Positions 1 to 60,582 of a stretch of 64,000 nt of DNA are shown here, one piece after another. The translations under genes were made by a program, and so were the position numbers. The notes under the pieces were generated by a model that saw only the letters and a program-made list of their open reading frames with translations, was not told the DNA's origin and searched no databases. The stretch comes from Schmidtea polychroa. Its lineage: Eukaryota. The stretch lies in NCBI GenBank assembly GCA_044892525.1, contig CM097885.1, positions 22,446,001-22,510,000 of the forward strand, in the 5' to 3' direction. Numbering within the stretch: the stretch's first letter is position 1; the number at the start of each line of letters is the position of its first letter.

Positions 1-1460
1 TATAAATACACTACTTTGATATTTTATAATTTACTATCTTTATTACTAGACTTCGTTCAGGATATATTCAAACTAATTCTTTAATCATTATTATTATTAA
101 TTTTATTGATCCTATTTGTGAGATATTTTCAGCGAGAATTAAATATTTCAATGATTTATCAAAATAATTTTAAATTGTAAATAATTGACTATTAAAATAA
201 CTTTTAAATAATTTTTAAATTGGATTTTTTAAGTTGAAATTTTTGAATTAAAAATTAAAATAGCTTTTTAAAAAAGAAGTTTTATTAATGGAAAATTTTT
301 AAATAAATATATATTTAAATATTGAAATTTTGATAAATGGTTTTGAAAAGACTTTATTCAACGCTGAAAATTTGTTTAAAATTATACAATATGTCAGGTG
401 ATAAATACTTGGGATTTTGTCGTTAACTTTTGAACCGGATTAAAAAATTATTTATAAGATGTTTTAGCAGCTTCTAATACTATTATTACAATTTTATTAC
501 CTGGTTATATATAATAGATTTAGTCTCTTGTTGATCATAAACGATGATGAAAAACGCGCAGGGATTCTTCGCTCTTGACATTACCATATTCAGCTAACAT
601 TGACCTGTTAAATCCAAGCGTTTCAGTTAGATAGGAATAATAACATTTACAAGTGTCACGTCGTTAGCGTTCGTTGTTTGGAAGAAGTTCTTGTGATAAA
701 CAGACAAACCCATAATGAATTTTAAAAAATAAAACTTTAATTTATGCCAATTCATTTAATTTATATATCCGGTTGCATTTCATAACATTTCTGTATTGCG
801 TGTTGGGTTGACATACATTACATGTCTGAAGTTAATTTAAAGGTAAAGGCCTAATAATATTATTTTACCAAGAAATTATTTGAAGTATATGAAGGCCTGG
901 ATATGAAACGGAATTTATATTCAATAAAATCTACTCCCTCTGTCCCATAATACTGGATATTTGAAGAGTTGAAGAAAAGAATTAGTTGAATAATAAAACG
1001 AAAAGAAGTTATTTGATTATTTGAATAAAGTTTGGAAGAAAGTCAAAGGAAACAACCAGCTCAAATTCCAGTTCAGAAACCAATCAGTAATTTTTGATCT
1101 TTAAACCCGGTATTATACACAAGTGATATTCCTCACCGAGTGTTGTAATAAGCATTGTATAGTCACCAAGCAGACTGTTGAATTTATTGTCAGTGTCAAG
1201 TGAAAGTTTATTTGTGATTATCAATAAAGATTTCTGTTGTCAAGTGTTATTTGTGAATCATATAAAGACACGCTTGGAGTCAGAGTAACATTTTAAATTT
1301 ATCACCGACTCAATAACCCAACATATTCTTGAAATTACAACACTAAATATTTGAACAAAAACGACGTTAATGTAAAGAAAAATTAAAATATTCAAGAAAT
1401 CATGATATGAAAAAAATCCCAGTTATAATTAAAAGGTACAAAAACCTAAAATTATATAAC

Positions 1461-47375
<45,915 letters not shown>

Positions 47376-49849
47376 TGAAATGATAATTAAACCAATAAGA
47401 TATAACTGAAAATACTTTTATAAACAAAATTATAAAAATATATATATATATATATCAAGAAAATTTTAATTAACTAATTTTCGTAAAAGCGCTGATAAAT
47501 TGGTTATTTAAACACAAATCTTAAAAATTGGTTATTTAAACACAAATCTTAAAAATTATTGACTGTCAAAGAAATTAAAAACATTGTCATATAAGTTAGA
47601 CATTGCTTTGATGACATCCAGCTAAAGGTAAGTGATAGAAAATAGTGAGAATAAGGTGAAATATAAAGATCTATATTAGATTATTACTTCTTAGCACAGA
47701 ATATAGTAAACTGATGTCGAAATTGAGCATCATACAAAGAATGTAAATAACTTTTTACTTATCATTTATAAAAAGGAGTTTTGAGAAGTTGCAAAGTACT
47801 ACTGAGGTGGAATATAATGAAAAGGATTTAGCGACAAAAATTTTCACTAAAATTCCAATCTTTCATATTTTTATTGTTACTATAAAAAATCAAGTTGATT
47901 AAAGTTTCACTATTGTCACTTATCATCATTCAGCCATAAGCTAAAAAATTACGGTGTAAGTTAGTGAAATCCACAGCCACAATAAGTTTTTTGTTATTCC
48001 GAAAACGTGGGTTGCTTCAAATCATAGATGACCACGGAAATCGCAGATTTGTAGAATAGTAAATGTTCTAGATTTCATAAGGTATGACGACCGATACTTA
48101 CTGAAACTTAGGGCACATAACCCATTTATTCTTTTATATAAATAATTATTACCTACTGAATCAAGTTTCGTCGGATAAAGTGATAGATCGTCGAGAGAAG
48201 GCTGTGGAATTTAGAGTGAGAGGAAGCTTCAACAAATATAATGAAGGATTGAAAATCGATATAGAAATGGTTAGTAAAATCAACTTTCCTTGTGAAAATC
48301 AATTGCTCTTCATACACATCCATTAATTTAACAGCGATCAATAGTGGATAAGGCTAAATGTGTACAACATCAGCGAATTAAGAAAAATGTCAACTAGACG
48401 ATCTCACCAGATTTGATGTATTAATCTATACTTTAGACGTGGCTTAGTTCCACTCGCAAATAAACGTCACCAGTAATCTTAAATTGATAGAATTCCTGAA
48501 TTTCGATGTAATTTTAAGGCAAAATGAACTTGTAAAAAAATACCTAACTATTATTTTATATTTTAATTTATTTTTAATTTATATATAATTTTCAAAGAGT
48601 GAGAAGAAACATAAAATAAATAAAATTCAACTAAATGACAAACCCGTCCTATGTATAGAGTAAAATAATGAATCTTAAATGTCTAATTGAAAATCGTCTA
48701 AATATCTCTAGGTTGGATTTAATTATTTATTCCACACTATCCTAATTGCTTGATTGAAATCCTGTTTTAGATTGCATGATAAAATGAGCTTGTAAAATCA
48801 TTTCTCTGAATAGAAGTAATATAATTTAATGAGGGAAAGGTGTAGGGCTGATAATTTATTATTAATGTGGGTATATCATAGGAATTCTAAGTTAGAAATG
48901 AAGTGGTCATATTTATGTTTTCGATGTCCAAAGAATAAACTCGTCACCTTCTCCTGCATATTCTACCGCCAATATTGAATTGTTTCGCAAAGTGATGTTG
49001 AACATCGATTATGCTGTAGTTGGCCATGGAGATCAAAACAAGTCAATTGATAATAATTCCTATCATGTACGAATACAGTTCACAAAAAAAGTGTAACGAG
49101 AACAAATTGAGCTACGCAAAATTTAAAAACTTTTATAAATAGTTATTTTGATTTTTTGTAAAGTTTTGTAGACAAATCAATAAAGTCAAGCGGTATTAAC
49201 AATTATTTTTACGATTGTTATATTACCGTTGTAGTAATGACCTTTTTGAGAAAAGGTGTTACGATAGTGTTAAACTTTGGGTATCTCACCAAATCTTGTG
49301 CCAGTTACCTTTGACCATAGTTGTGGTAAACCGTAGACCCAGCTTTTGGCACTTGAATTTCTGAGGACTGTTTGTATAAACGATTTCTATCTTTAGTAAT
49401 TACGACACATTTTAAGGAATCAATAAAATTGTACAGCAGCGTCAACTTTTAAAACCATATTCATTATATTATAAATTGTATGTTAATAAAAATTTTTAAA
49501 ACGAACATGATTTGTCTTAGTTATTTATCTACACGTAAATTATCTTTGGAGTCAGATAGATCAGAGAGATCTGTGCTAGTCAATCTAACATTTTTATTCT
49601 TTGATTTATTGTTTATTATTTTTAACGGCGATATTTTGCTAATTTATTTTTATTATTTGCGACTCCTTGATGAATTTCACTTTTTTCTAGAATTTTCTAT
49701 TATATTTTGATTAAATTTGTTTGCTTTATTTTGAATAAATATTTTATTTCCCATTCCTATTTTTTATCATCGTCCCTCATTTGAAATTACTTTAATTATG
49801 TTATTTATTTTTGTTATTTTGTGATTATTAAAGTAATTTCATGCGTTCT

Positions 49850-52800
49850 CTATTTGTAGCATTTATTCTTTGGATCGATACTTTTATATTTCTTTCTAAG
49901 ATCATCATATAACAGGGACGTTATTTCTTTCTTGACACCTATGAATTTCGCAAACTGAAAAAACGTCTCGCATACTCTAATATATTTGACGACGTCTTCT
50001 CCTTTTCCGAACTTTGTCAGTATCAATTGTCCAAGAAAGAATTCCGAAGACGTGGTTACCATGTTAGCAGCAACAAAGTTGTCGTTCTGGTCATTTTGTA
50101 AATCAAAATTCACAAGGATTTTTTTTATAATCTTTATGAATCCAAAAAACTTGCTTGTCTCCTTTCGTTTATTTAAACAAATTTTCAATACATTAATCAA
50201 AATAAACATTTTTATAAATTTCATTTCAGTTTTTCAAAATTAAAATTTCTTGAATTACATTTAAAGATTATAAAATTTTCACAAAAATGTTTTTATAAAT
50301 TCTTACAAATTTGTGAATTGCTATTTTGATCAATGGACTACACATCACATTTTCTTTCTTTCTTGATTCTATCTTGATTAGCACTTTTTTTCCTGGATTG
50401 AAAGACCTTTTTGTTGGTATCTTTTCAGGTGTCCCTTCTTTTAGATTCGACTTTCTGATTTGCGATCCATGCCTTGAGTGCCAACGTTCTCTAAATTTTT
50501 TACTTTCAAGTATTACCTCTGTTAGACTCTTCCCGATCGACTTCTGTATTGTTGCATTCAGTGCAAATTCTATTTCTGGCAATATTTCTGCCATGTCTGT
50601 TTTTTCCTCTCCTTTAGTGACTTATTTATGTAATCCTTATCGTTCTGAATTGCCTCTCTATGACACCGTTCGTATTATGATGATATGGACTTGAAAAGCA
50701 AAGTTTTATTCCCATCGACCTTGTCATTTCGGATATTGCTCTCGATTCGAATACCTTCTCTTAATCTACATGGATTTCCATTGATGCTCTAAATCTTAAT
50801 ATCCAATCTCTCATGATAGTTTCTTTTATTGTCTCTTCATCTTGTCTTGTTACCGATCGCCGTACTATATATCTACTAAATTGATCAATTATGGAAACGA
50901 TATATTTCTTTCTCCCAAACGTTTCATGCAAAGGCCCACATATATCTATGTATATCTTCTCAAATGGCTCACTTGCTGATAATTTTATCATTCCTCTGTT
51001 GTAGTTGATGTCACTACCTTTACTCTTTGACATGCATTCCTTAATTATTTCTTTTACTATTTCTTTCATATTTTTCATATCGTAGTTGTTTCCAATATAC
51101 GATATCATTTTTTCGACTTTCGCATGAGAAAGTAAAACGTGGATCGTTTCTATCACCTCCTTATGTCTATCTTCAGGGATCCATATTTTTCTTTCTTTTG
51201 TCTTCACTATACCGTTTTCTAGAATAAACTTCAAAGAAGCGTCTCCGATAATCTCTTATTTTATTTATGTTATCTCTGTACTATTTTCTTACCATTCAAT
51301 CTTCTCGTTGTTATCCATCGCATTAATCCTGTTGGTCTTTAGCTTTCCCTCCTTTGGGTATCAGTGTATAAATAAACATTGTTTACATGTTCCACATATC
51401 TTCCTTGATAGCATATTAGCGTCAGCGTGTTTTGTCCCTTCTTTGTATTCTATTTTTATTCCAAAACTACTAAGAACGTTGATCCAAGTCTGGAATTGTG
51501 CTGAGATTGGCTTATTTGTCTTCAACATGAATGTGATCGCTTTATGGTCTGTGTGTAATGTAAATCATCTCCCGTGCAGATAGTGATTAAAGTGTTGGCA
51601 AAAATAGTAAATTGTTAATAACTCATTTCTCGTTATACAATATCCTTATTCGTTATTGTTCATTGCGTGCGATCCATACGCTATAACCCGTTCATGTCCC
51701 CGTCGTCCAACTGTAATAATACAGCACCCATTGTATCAAAACTGGGACAGGTATCTAAAATAAACTCTTTATTGACATCGGGGAAACTCAACACTGGTGT
51801 TGACGTCAACGCCCTCTACATATTGTTAAACGTTTTATCGCAGTTATCTGTCATACTAGTTTCTTTTCTTTATTCTTCTCACAAAGTTCCTCTAGTGCTC
51901 TCGATTATTCTGAGTATCCTTCAATAAATTACCTGTAATAATTACATATCCCTAGAAAACTTCTCAAACTCTTAATACGATCGTATTGACTCTGTTTTCT
52001 TCATCGTATCTCTGGCCTTTTGAAACCGTTCTCCTTCTGTGATGAGTCACTAAAAATTGGGTTTCTATGTACCCAACGTGATTGTTTGTTTCTGTTTCGT
52101 CCAGAATATTATTAAACTGTAAATCAATGCCAAATTTCCGTTGCATCTCAATGTCTCCAATAACATCTGGTGTTAGTTGCTCCACTATTGTGAACTGTAT
52201 CTCTCTCTATACCATTCCAATTGACTCTCATTTCTGCATTACCATTTATTTCTAATTTTCCATCGTTTGCACATCAAAGTGTTATTGTTGTCCTTGTTAG
52301 CTTAATCCCTTGTAATCTCTGAAATCTTTTCAGCTCATAACATTTATCCTGTCAATGGTATCCAATAAACACTCCATGACTTCTCCATTAACCTCGATTG
52401 TTACACTTGGTCGTCCCTGCATTCTGTCATATCTTATTATATTCTGTTTGTGATCATATATTGCCATAATATCTTTACTTTCATCAGTCGCATTCCCTTT
52501 ACCTTTACCGTTTCTTCAATCCTTCTTTAAAAATATGTTTACCTTATTTGCTGTACACACTATTTCCTCTTCTGTTAGACCTCTCTCTACTGTGTTCTCT
52601 ATAATAGGTAATATACTACTTCTATTATAATAATTCATAATTTGGGAGTTTGTTCATACATCTAATTTATCGCTCCGACTATCTCCTCTTCTGTCGGAGC
52701 ATTCTCGTTTAGGTATCTGTGATCTTCAAACTGATCTTCATTTACTGAAAACATTTCCTCGATATTTGCTACATATTCATCTTTGGTCCTCCTTGATTGT

Positions 52801-54220
52801 CATTTCATTCCACTTTGTTCAACATATTTCTGATATCTACCTTCACATGATATCCTCTATTTCTTTGATACTGCTCATTCGAATTTATTAGACTTGTTTC
52901 TTGTTGGTTTAAATTTGTGTAGCACTCAGCTTCTTTATGGCCGTTTCTATTTCATCTAGTGCAGTGCTTCTCAAACTTTCTGATGTGGCGTACCGGCAGA
53001 TGTTTTTTAGATCAGATGGTCGGGACATGGTTCCAAATGACAATCACGTTGATATCCTTGGGAACATGACTGTTTCACTTCTTGCTGATGACTTACATTC
53101 CATGTTACATCTTGCTGCTCCACACCTGTGGATCAGGTTGTCAGATGTGTGACATAGAGTAAAATATCAGTCAAATCTTTTAATAAAGTGCATACAATAA
53201 CTGTTTCCAATTAAATTACTACCATGCTGTATTCTTATTAGATAAATAAACAAAAAATATCAGTCACATGACCCACCTGTTTCTCATGGCATGTAATTTT
53301 ACATTTGTTTATTTTCCTTTGAATATCTCTTCGCGTACCGGCAGACTATTGCTTGCGTACCGGCACCGGTACGCGTACCACACTTTGAGTAGCACTGATC
53401 TAGTGTATCTTATATTTTGGCATTCTTATCTAATATGTCCCTCTTTTCCACATCCGAAGCGTGTGATCACATTTCTTGGGCAGTCTCGGCCTAAATGACC
53501 TACTTGGTGACAATTCTAACATTCCGTCTTTCTCTCGTAGTCTCTTCTTACTTCCGGATTATAGTATTGTCTTTTTCGCACATCATGTCTGTGTATAATT
53601 GTTCTTCGTTATGGCTAGATCTCTGTGTGTTCTTATATTTCCTGTTTCTGGTCTGCTTCTTTCTATGGCCGAAATTTCCTCCGTCATTTTATGTGTCTCA
53701 TGTAACCTTGTGAGTTTCTCTTTTATTTGATCTATTCCTTTGATCTGATTAAGGCATAATTCCTTTTTTAATTCTCTCACATTTGAACATTCTATTAGAA
53801 GTTTCTCCGTCAGATCTTCTTTTGTCCATTCGCGTTCAAAGATTTTATCTACCATTTTGTGTATTGTCTTGAAGTACCTTCAGGGTTCTTCGTCTGTTTG
53901 CATGTATGCAAGTGCTGCTTTGATATCTTGCAATACTGTTTTTTCCGTTTTAAATGCTGTCTTCATTCTCTCTTTGTAGCATTTAATCTTTGGATTGATA
54001 CTTTTATTTTTCTTCCTGAGATCATAATATAACAGGGACGTCACTATTGTTTCTTGCTTGACACCTGTGAAATTCACAAATTGAAAAAACGTTTCGCATT
54101 CTCCAATAAATTTGTCGAGGTCATCTCCTTTTCCGAACTTTGTCGGTATCAATTGTCCAAGAAATAATTCCGAAGACGTGGTTGCCATCTTAGCAGCAAT
54201 AAAGCTGTCGTTCTGGTTAC
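49850..54220 (-). mobile_element. Ty3/Gypsy LTR retrotransposon relic (gag, protease, RT/RNase H, integrase), with a second gag start at 49850-50090
   Basis: gag start MATTSSELFLG; CCHC knuckle near 53470-53510; integrase PFEKIYIDICGP..IDQFSRY; many stops and frameshifts. Confidence 0.8.
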
Positions 54221-54221
54221 A

Positions 54222-56528
54222 AGTATATTTTGAAACGCATTGATGTATTTAGTCGATTTGCTAGACCTTTACTAGTTAAAACTAAATCTGCAAGTGAAAT
54301 GGCTCAAGCAATCAAGACTTTATTTGCTGATGGACATCCTGATAATTTGCAAACTGATTTGGGTTAGGAATTCTACAATAGTAAATCAAAACAAATTATA
54401 AAAGAAGATCATGTAAATTACTATAGTGTGCATTCACAGTATAAAGCAGTACACGTGGAATGGTTTAATCGTACATTGAGAAATAAACTGAAAAAGTATT
54501 TTGTACATCAAGGAAATAAAATATGGGCACATGTTTTACCAAAACAAATTTATTCATATATCCATTCAACGCATTGTGGTTTAAATGCATATTTTCAACT
54601 AATAATCAAGTAAAGTTGTGGTTATCTCGTTAAAAAAAGCAAAATATAAAATTGGAGATAATGTAAGGATTTCAAATATTAGTGCTTCTATTCATTAAAA
54701 ACTTTGACCGGAATTAGAACGATGAAGTTTTTCAAATTTCAACGATTAATACCAAATAGTGTCCTGTAATGCATGTTATTAAAGATTATGGTAACAATGA
54801 AATTATAAGAAAATTTGATGAGCAAAAATTGGAAGTTATTACAAGTTTACCAACGTTTAGAATACAGAAAATTCTAAAGATAAGAGGAAAGGGAAACATA
54901 AACAATATTATGTCAAGTGGCATGGATATCAAAACCTCACTTGGATATTAGAATCTCAGCTAAAATGAATAAAAGTAATTTTTACATGATTTTACCCAGC
55001 AACAGCTCTTTTTTAATCCATCCAAATAACAATAGCGCTCTTCTAATCCATTTAAATAACAATGTTAACAAATTTAATGCTGAACTTCAAAATCCAATCT
55101 ATTTGAAAAATAAGTGGCAAGTGGCCTTGTTGGATTTTACATTTGTATACAATCTCTTTCCGTTCTACAGCAAATCCAAAATTGAATATAATAGGGTGCA
55201 AGCAATATCAGAAGATGTGAAAGTAAAAATAATTAAATGTAAAAATTAAAATGAAATGGTGAATCAGTCAAATGCGATAATATATGTTGAAGGTAAATAT
55301 TTATACTTTTACAGCTGAACTTCAAAATCCAATCTATTTGAAAAATAAGTGGCAAGTGGCCTTGTTGGATTTTACATTTGTATACAATCTCTTTCCGTTC
55401 TACAGCAAATCCAAAATAGAATATAATAGGGTGCAAGCAATATCAGAAGATGTGAAAGTAAAAATAATTAAAAGTAAAAATTAAAATGAAATGGTGAATC
55501 AGTCAAATGCGATAATATATGTTGAAGGTAAATATTTATACTTTTAATGTTTGAAGCGACCGTTTCAATTTTTATTTGAAACGTTAACTGATGAGAATCG
55601 TCTAGAATTTTACTTTATTATGCAACACTTATGATGAAACGGTGAAAATTGATCTAAAAAAGACTGAAAATCTAGTGGAATTCAAATTTAATCTCTTATA
55701 CGATAAAGCAGTTGAGCATGTTTATACATTTAAAGATGATTTGTATATTACAGATCTCGATCAATTAAAAGTTTTCTTAACAAAACATTGTGCAAATATT
55801 TTCAGTGTTGTTGAACTAAAAATGATTAATTTTTAAAACTTTAATTGAAATCTGATGTTGGTCAAATTAAATTTGACTTTAATTTGCCAATAGCATTAGG
55901 ATTATCAAAAGAAATAAATTTGCAAAACTTGAGAGTTAATGACAAATCTTCGAAACCGAAAATAATTAAACTTCATCAACAAATATCTGGTGATAGACTT
56001 TTACCAAATTTCATTCTTGTAACCTTTCAAACAGAAGCCCAATATAATGATTCATATACAGAAACTAGCTCACAATTTGAATATGTTAGTATAACTTCTT
56101 TAACTTTATGGAAATATTTTGATTATCGTGAAACATATACCCAAGATTTTGAAAACAATAATTATGCAACGACATATGCTGTCTATAGTACAAATTATGT
56201 GGGTTATCTATACAAAAATTTTAATTATTGAATAGACATTGTAGATTTTAAGAAGAAATACCTTTTCTTCACATTCAGTTTAACTCCTGAATTTAATTGG
56301 AATCGAAGTCAATTACCACGGAATGGTAATTGGAGACTTCATATTAAATTCATTAATACTCTAACATTTATTGTATACATAATAATTTAAGGAGTATATG
56401 AGAGCGAAATTGAAATTTCTTCAAATCGAACGATTTTAGTTTAAACGAAGTTGATATTGATGAAATAGTTGAAGTATGGAGTAATTTGATTTATTATAAA
56501 TGATATATTTGATTTGTTCTGTTCAACT
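54222..56528 (+). pseudogene. Degraded second Polinton (integrase, minor capsid, major capsid 3' part, protease start)
   Basis: Colinear similarity to 28420-31945 (VHSQYKA.HVE.FNRTLR, FY.ILPSNS, GDR.LPNFIL.TFQ, NRTILV*); stops, a 235-bp tandem duplication (55079/55314) and an internal deletion. Confidence 0.92.
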
Positions 56529-59500
56529 TAATTTTCGACCTTGAAACTGAGAGGGGAGTTCGATAACTCATATGGCGGGAATCTAAAAATTTTAAAAATG
56601 CTAAATTAAGCTGAGTTTCAATCGTGATTTTAAACGTCTATATCAAAATTTATGAAAAGATTTCCATCAACAAAAAATATATTTCTCACAAACCTCTAAC
56701 ATTTTATAAAGGAAAATTTAGAGACTTTTGCATTATATAGTTTCGGCGCATGGTGGCATTTAACTTTGTAACTCTTTATTTTTTGAAAAAAAGAAAATTT
56801 CAAAAAATCTCAATGATTATTTTTCTAGTTAAGTTTTTCTCTTTGAAAAATTGAAATCTTTCGCCAGAAAAATCTTGAAAAGATACTAAAATGTTGTGGT
56901 CAGCAAATATAGAGGTGACGTCATCCTCTATATTTTTGCCGAAATAGTTTTTTGAAAATCTTGAAACCTTCGCACTACAGCAAGATAAAACAAAAAATTT
57001 AAACTTAACTTTTAAATCAACAAAAAAAAAGAATTTAAAAATCAATAATCGTAACATGACCTTGAATGGAGCGGCAGAGTGGAAGGACCTCTGTTGCTAT
57101 GCAGTGCGCGTTAACTAATGGTGGCAATTAGGCCTTACATCTATTTACTGTAAGCGTATCTCAGCGGTTTCTAGTGTATTAATCAATTTAGTTTTGACTC
57201 TGATATTCGTAATGAAAATCAATAAACACATCAGAATCAACGGATTCAGGAACACGTAAAATTCTAAACTGATACATTCCTGTGACGACAACAGTATAAT
57301 ATATATCAAGGAACTATTGAAATGTAAGAATCAAAATGAAAACGTCAATGTAACATGTTTAGAGATCCTCAATCGCAATCAAGACAATACAGGACTTTGT
57401 AAAGAAGTTTATGTGAACATTTCCCCTTTACTTGCAATTGGAATATCCGTCGGATTGCATATTGACTATCAAATAGTTATGGGTAAATTAATGTTTCACG
57501 TCGTTTCCATTATTTTTTCTCATTATTCAGAAAATGAACTAATAAGTGCTTCTAAATATTTAATATTTTTCTATATAAATTTATTATTCTGTTATTTTAT
57601 TTGCGCCTACGTAAACTGATTGGTCAATTCTATTATTCGGGCGAATTTGATTGTATGCAATTATAGGTTACATTTTCGTGGAATTTGTAAAAAAAGATTT
57701 CCATCGATATTTGCACATGAGAACATTCCCAGTTCCGTTTGTTTGATATCCGGTTTTGTGGGATATAGCGGACATCAAGCTGACTATATATTTTTAGGAT
57801 TAGGAAATGTTGTAGGAATTATATTTTTATTCCTTTTCACATCAATGGAATAGTTTTGATACCATTTGATATTTATAGGAAATTCTAAGGATAAAGAATG
57901 TTTTATTAAGTTTTTTACCAGCATTCATTTGCTCGATTATTTTGATTTTGAGTCAAAGGGTTCTGGTGAAATATATTTTCCTTGTAGAAAGAGGAAACGT
58001 CATGGAAATCAACAATCCTCGGCCTTCATGATTTATGCTTATTGTGCTTTCTTTCTAAACATTATGATGGGGGATTTTTAATTCTGTTAAACGAGCCATT
58101 CTTTGATTGTTCGATTATGTATTCTCTTTCTGTAGAATAGATTATAATTTTTCACCTGTTTATTTGCAACAGCTTGACAGCGATTATACGAGCTATATTG
58201 GATTTCTCTATGCTCTTCACTAACATCAAACCCGATATTAAAGTGCTCTATTGATTTATTGAAAGAAAATACAAATTTAAATAATCTGGATGTGAATGAT
58301 ATAGATACAATGCAGATAGTGGCATCACTAGGGTTGGTGTCGTCCAGTACGGTAACTCATGGTGTCACCACCTCACTACAACTATTCTTTTTAGTTTAAG
58401 AAAGCTATTGATATAATTTAACAATCATTATTCTCTTATACTTGACTAAAAACGATTAATGCTTACCACAATACACAATATTGATGCTATAAATTCCGGA
58501 CTATTATCAAAAACAACAAATTCAAAACTACCAACATCCAATACAACGACAAAAACAAAGCGTTTTTAAGCACGTGTAGTGAACAAAACAAACGTTATTA
58601 TGGGTTATGTTAGACATGATCTAGCTAATTGTGCGAAAAAGCCACTGTGGAGTGCCGATGAGCCAATCAGGCCCCAAAAATCGACGATTTTTATAGTTGT
58701 CAAGAGCATTGACACGGCGCCCGCGTGTAGATCCATTGTGTTTAGGTGTCTCTGGTACCCATAGTGTGAAGAACCAGTACTGTGCTGTGGCAGGAATGCC
58801 GAAGCAGGCCTCTGGAAGAAGTGCGCGTCATTGCCGCCATTCTGTAACCTGCCCAACCGGCCACCGCGCGTGGTACCATAGCTCGTGCGTTTACCGACCT
58901 ACGCAGCGCGGTTTTGTCATCCACCGCAACTTCGGTACTATTTTGGTACAACTTATCTGAAGTTAGTACAAAGAAACAAATAAACCTAATGTTATATTCT
59001 GGAGTAGTTATTATAGACGCAAAACTAAAACACGTTTTTGTGTTTATAACAAACAGAACAGAGATATTTTTATATTTTAATAATATAATACATTTCTGTT
59101 GGGTTTTTATTTGAAAGTCGGTTCTCTTCCTGACTCCTTGTGTTCTTATTCAGCCAAATAAATCAAACCCAGCACAGAATAGTTTTCATTTAATCTTAAT
59201 CACAATTACACTTTGTCACTATTTGCATCTTTTTCTCCACATAATTTTCCACGTGATAAGGTAGAAAACCCAAGAGACAATCACCTCTTCTTGTACGAGT
59301 CTAACCTTGTTTGAATTACTTAACTTTTCCTTCAAATTATTGATCGCCGGATTTCTGCTTCTCTGTTTTCTTTTTCTCTTCGACCAAATGGCGGCTTGTT
59401 CACTTCTGAGTTCCCTTTTAATACTGTTTATGAGAGGCCAATTATCTAAAAAATTGCCTTAATTATTTCCCCGGGAATCCTAAATCAATATTTTAGGGTT

Positions 59501-59643
59501 TTTGTTTATTCAAATTTGTTTACCCTTGATTAGGGCTCAAAATAAAGTGATTATAAATTTATTTCCTTATAAATTACATAAAATTGAATGTATCAACTTA
59601 TTAATAATTATAAGATAATACAGAAATATTAAATAATTTATAA

Positions 59644-60582
59644 CAGGGACGTAGCCAGGATTTTCAGCTTGGGGGGGGGGGGGGGCAAAATTATTAATTA
59701 TAGCGATTCGTCGAGCAATGTTAAAAGTTGACAGGGGAAAATAGTATAAAATATTTTAAGATAATTAAAAAAATTATTATTAATTATTAACAATGAATAT
59801 ATAGAATATATTACATAGAATATTACATAGAATATATTACAATATAATATTAATTTGCGTTTTTCCTTTTTATATTTATTTTTTTCTAAATATGTTCGAA
59901 TACCTCTACTAGAAAAAAGTGGTTGTGTTGTTCTTTTTCTTCTATCTGATCATTCGATAAATTTTCATAAATATTATCTACTTTTTTATCATTAGATTGC
60001 TTCGAAACTGCTGTTCTTTTAGAAAAACTCAACAGAGTTGATTGACTGTGATTTACTTTTGTTTTGTTGCGCATTTATATCAATAAATTTACAGTGATAA
60101 CAAAATGAACAAAATTAAAAAAAAATATAGTACTTACTGTAGTGGAAAATATTCAAATGATTATTAAATGTCTTAAACTCTTAAAATAAAGAAACTATTG
60201 CACTGCAAAACTATTAACTCGAAACTAACACAAGTAAGTGTGTCAAATACGGAGAAGTGGGGATGGTTGTAGCCGAGCATGTAGCCGAGCACAACAATAC
60301 ATGTAACCGGGCCAGTTAAACCGGCACTTGTCTATGTATTTTTTTGGGCCGAAAATACAAAAAACTACGGGAATAGCTAGCGCGAGCATAGCTGTACTGT
60401 CTTGGATTTGAAAAGGCTTAACTAAAAATATACATTGTTTATTTTATTATTATACAATTCTTATAACAAAACCAAAAAAAGGTTTTATTAAAATATTTCA
60501 TCCGTAATTTGTAATTGATAATCTATAATTAATTGGGGGGGGGGGGGAGAATGCCCCTAAGTCCTCCATAGATACGTCCCTG
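59644..60582. mobile_element. Non-autonomous hAT element
   Basis: TIR CAGGGACGTA / TACGTCCCTG; perfect 8-bp TSD ATTTATAA; subterminal G tracts. Confidence 0.88.

Noticed and set aside
57290..58300. Possible LINE reverse-transcriptase relic (also ~20870-21120)
   Set aside because: Too degenerate; no diagnostic motif read with confidence.
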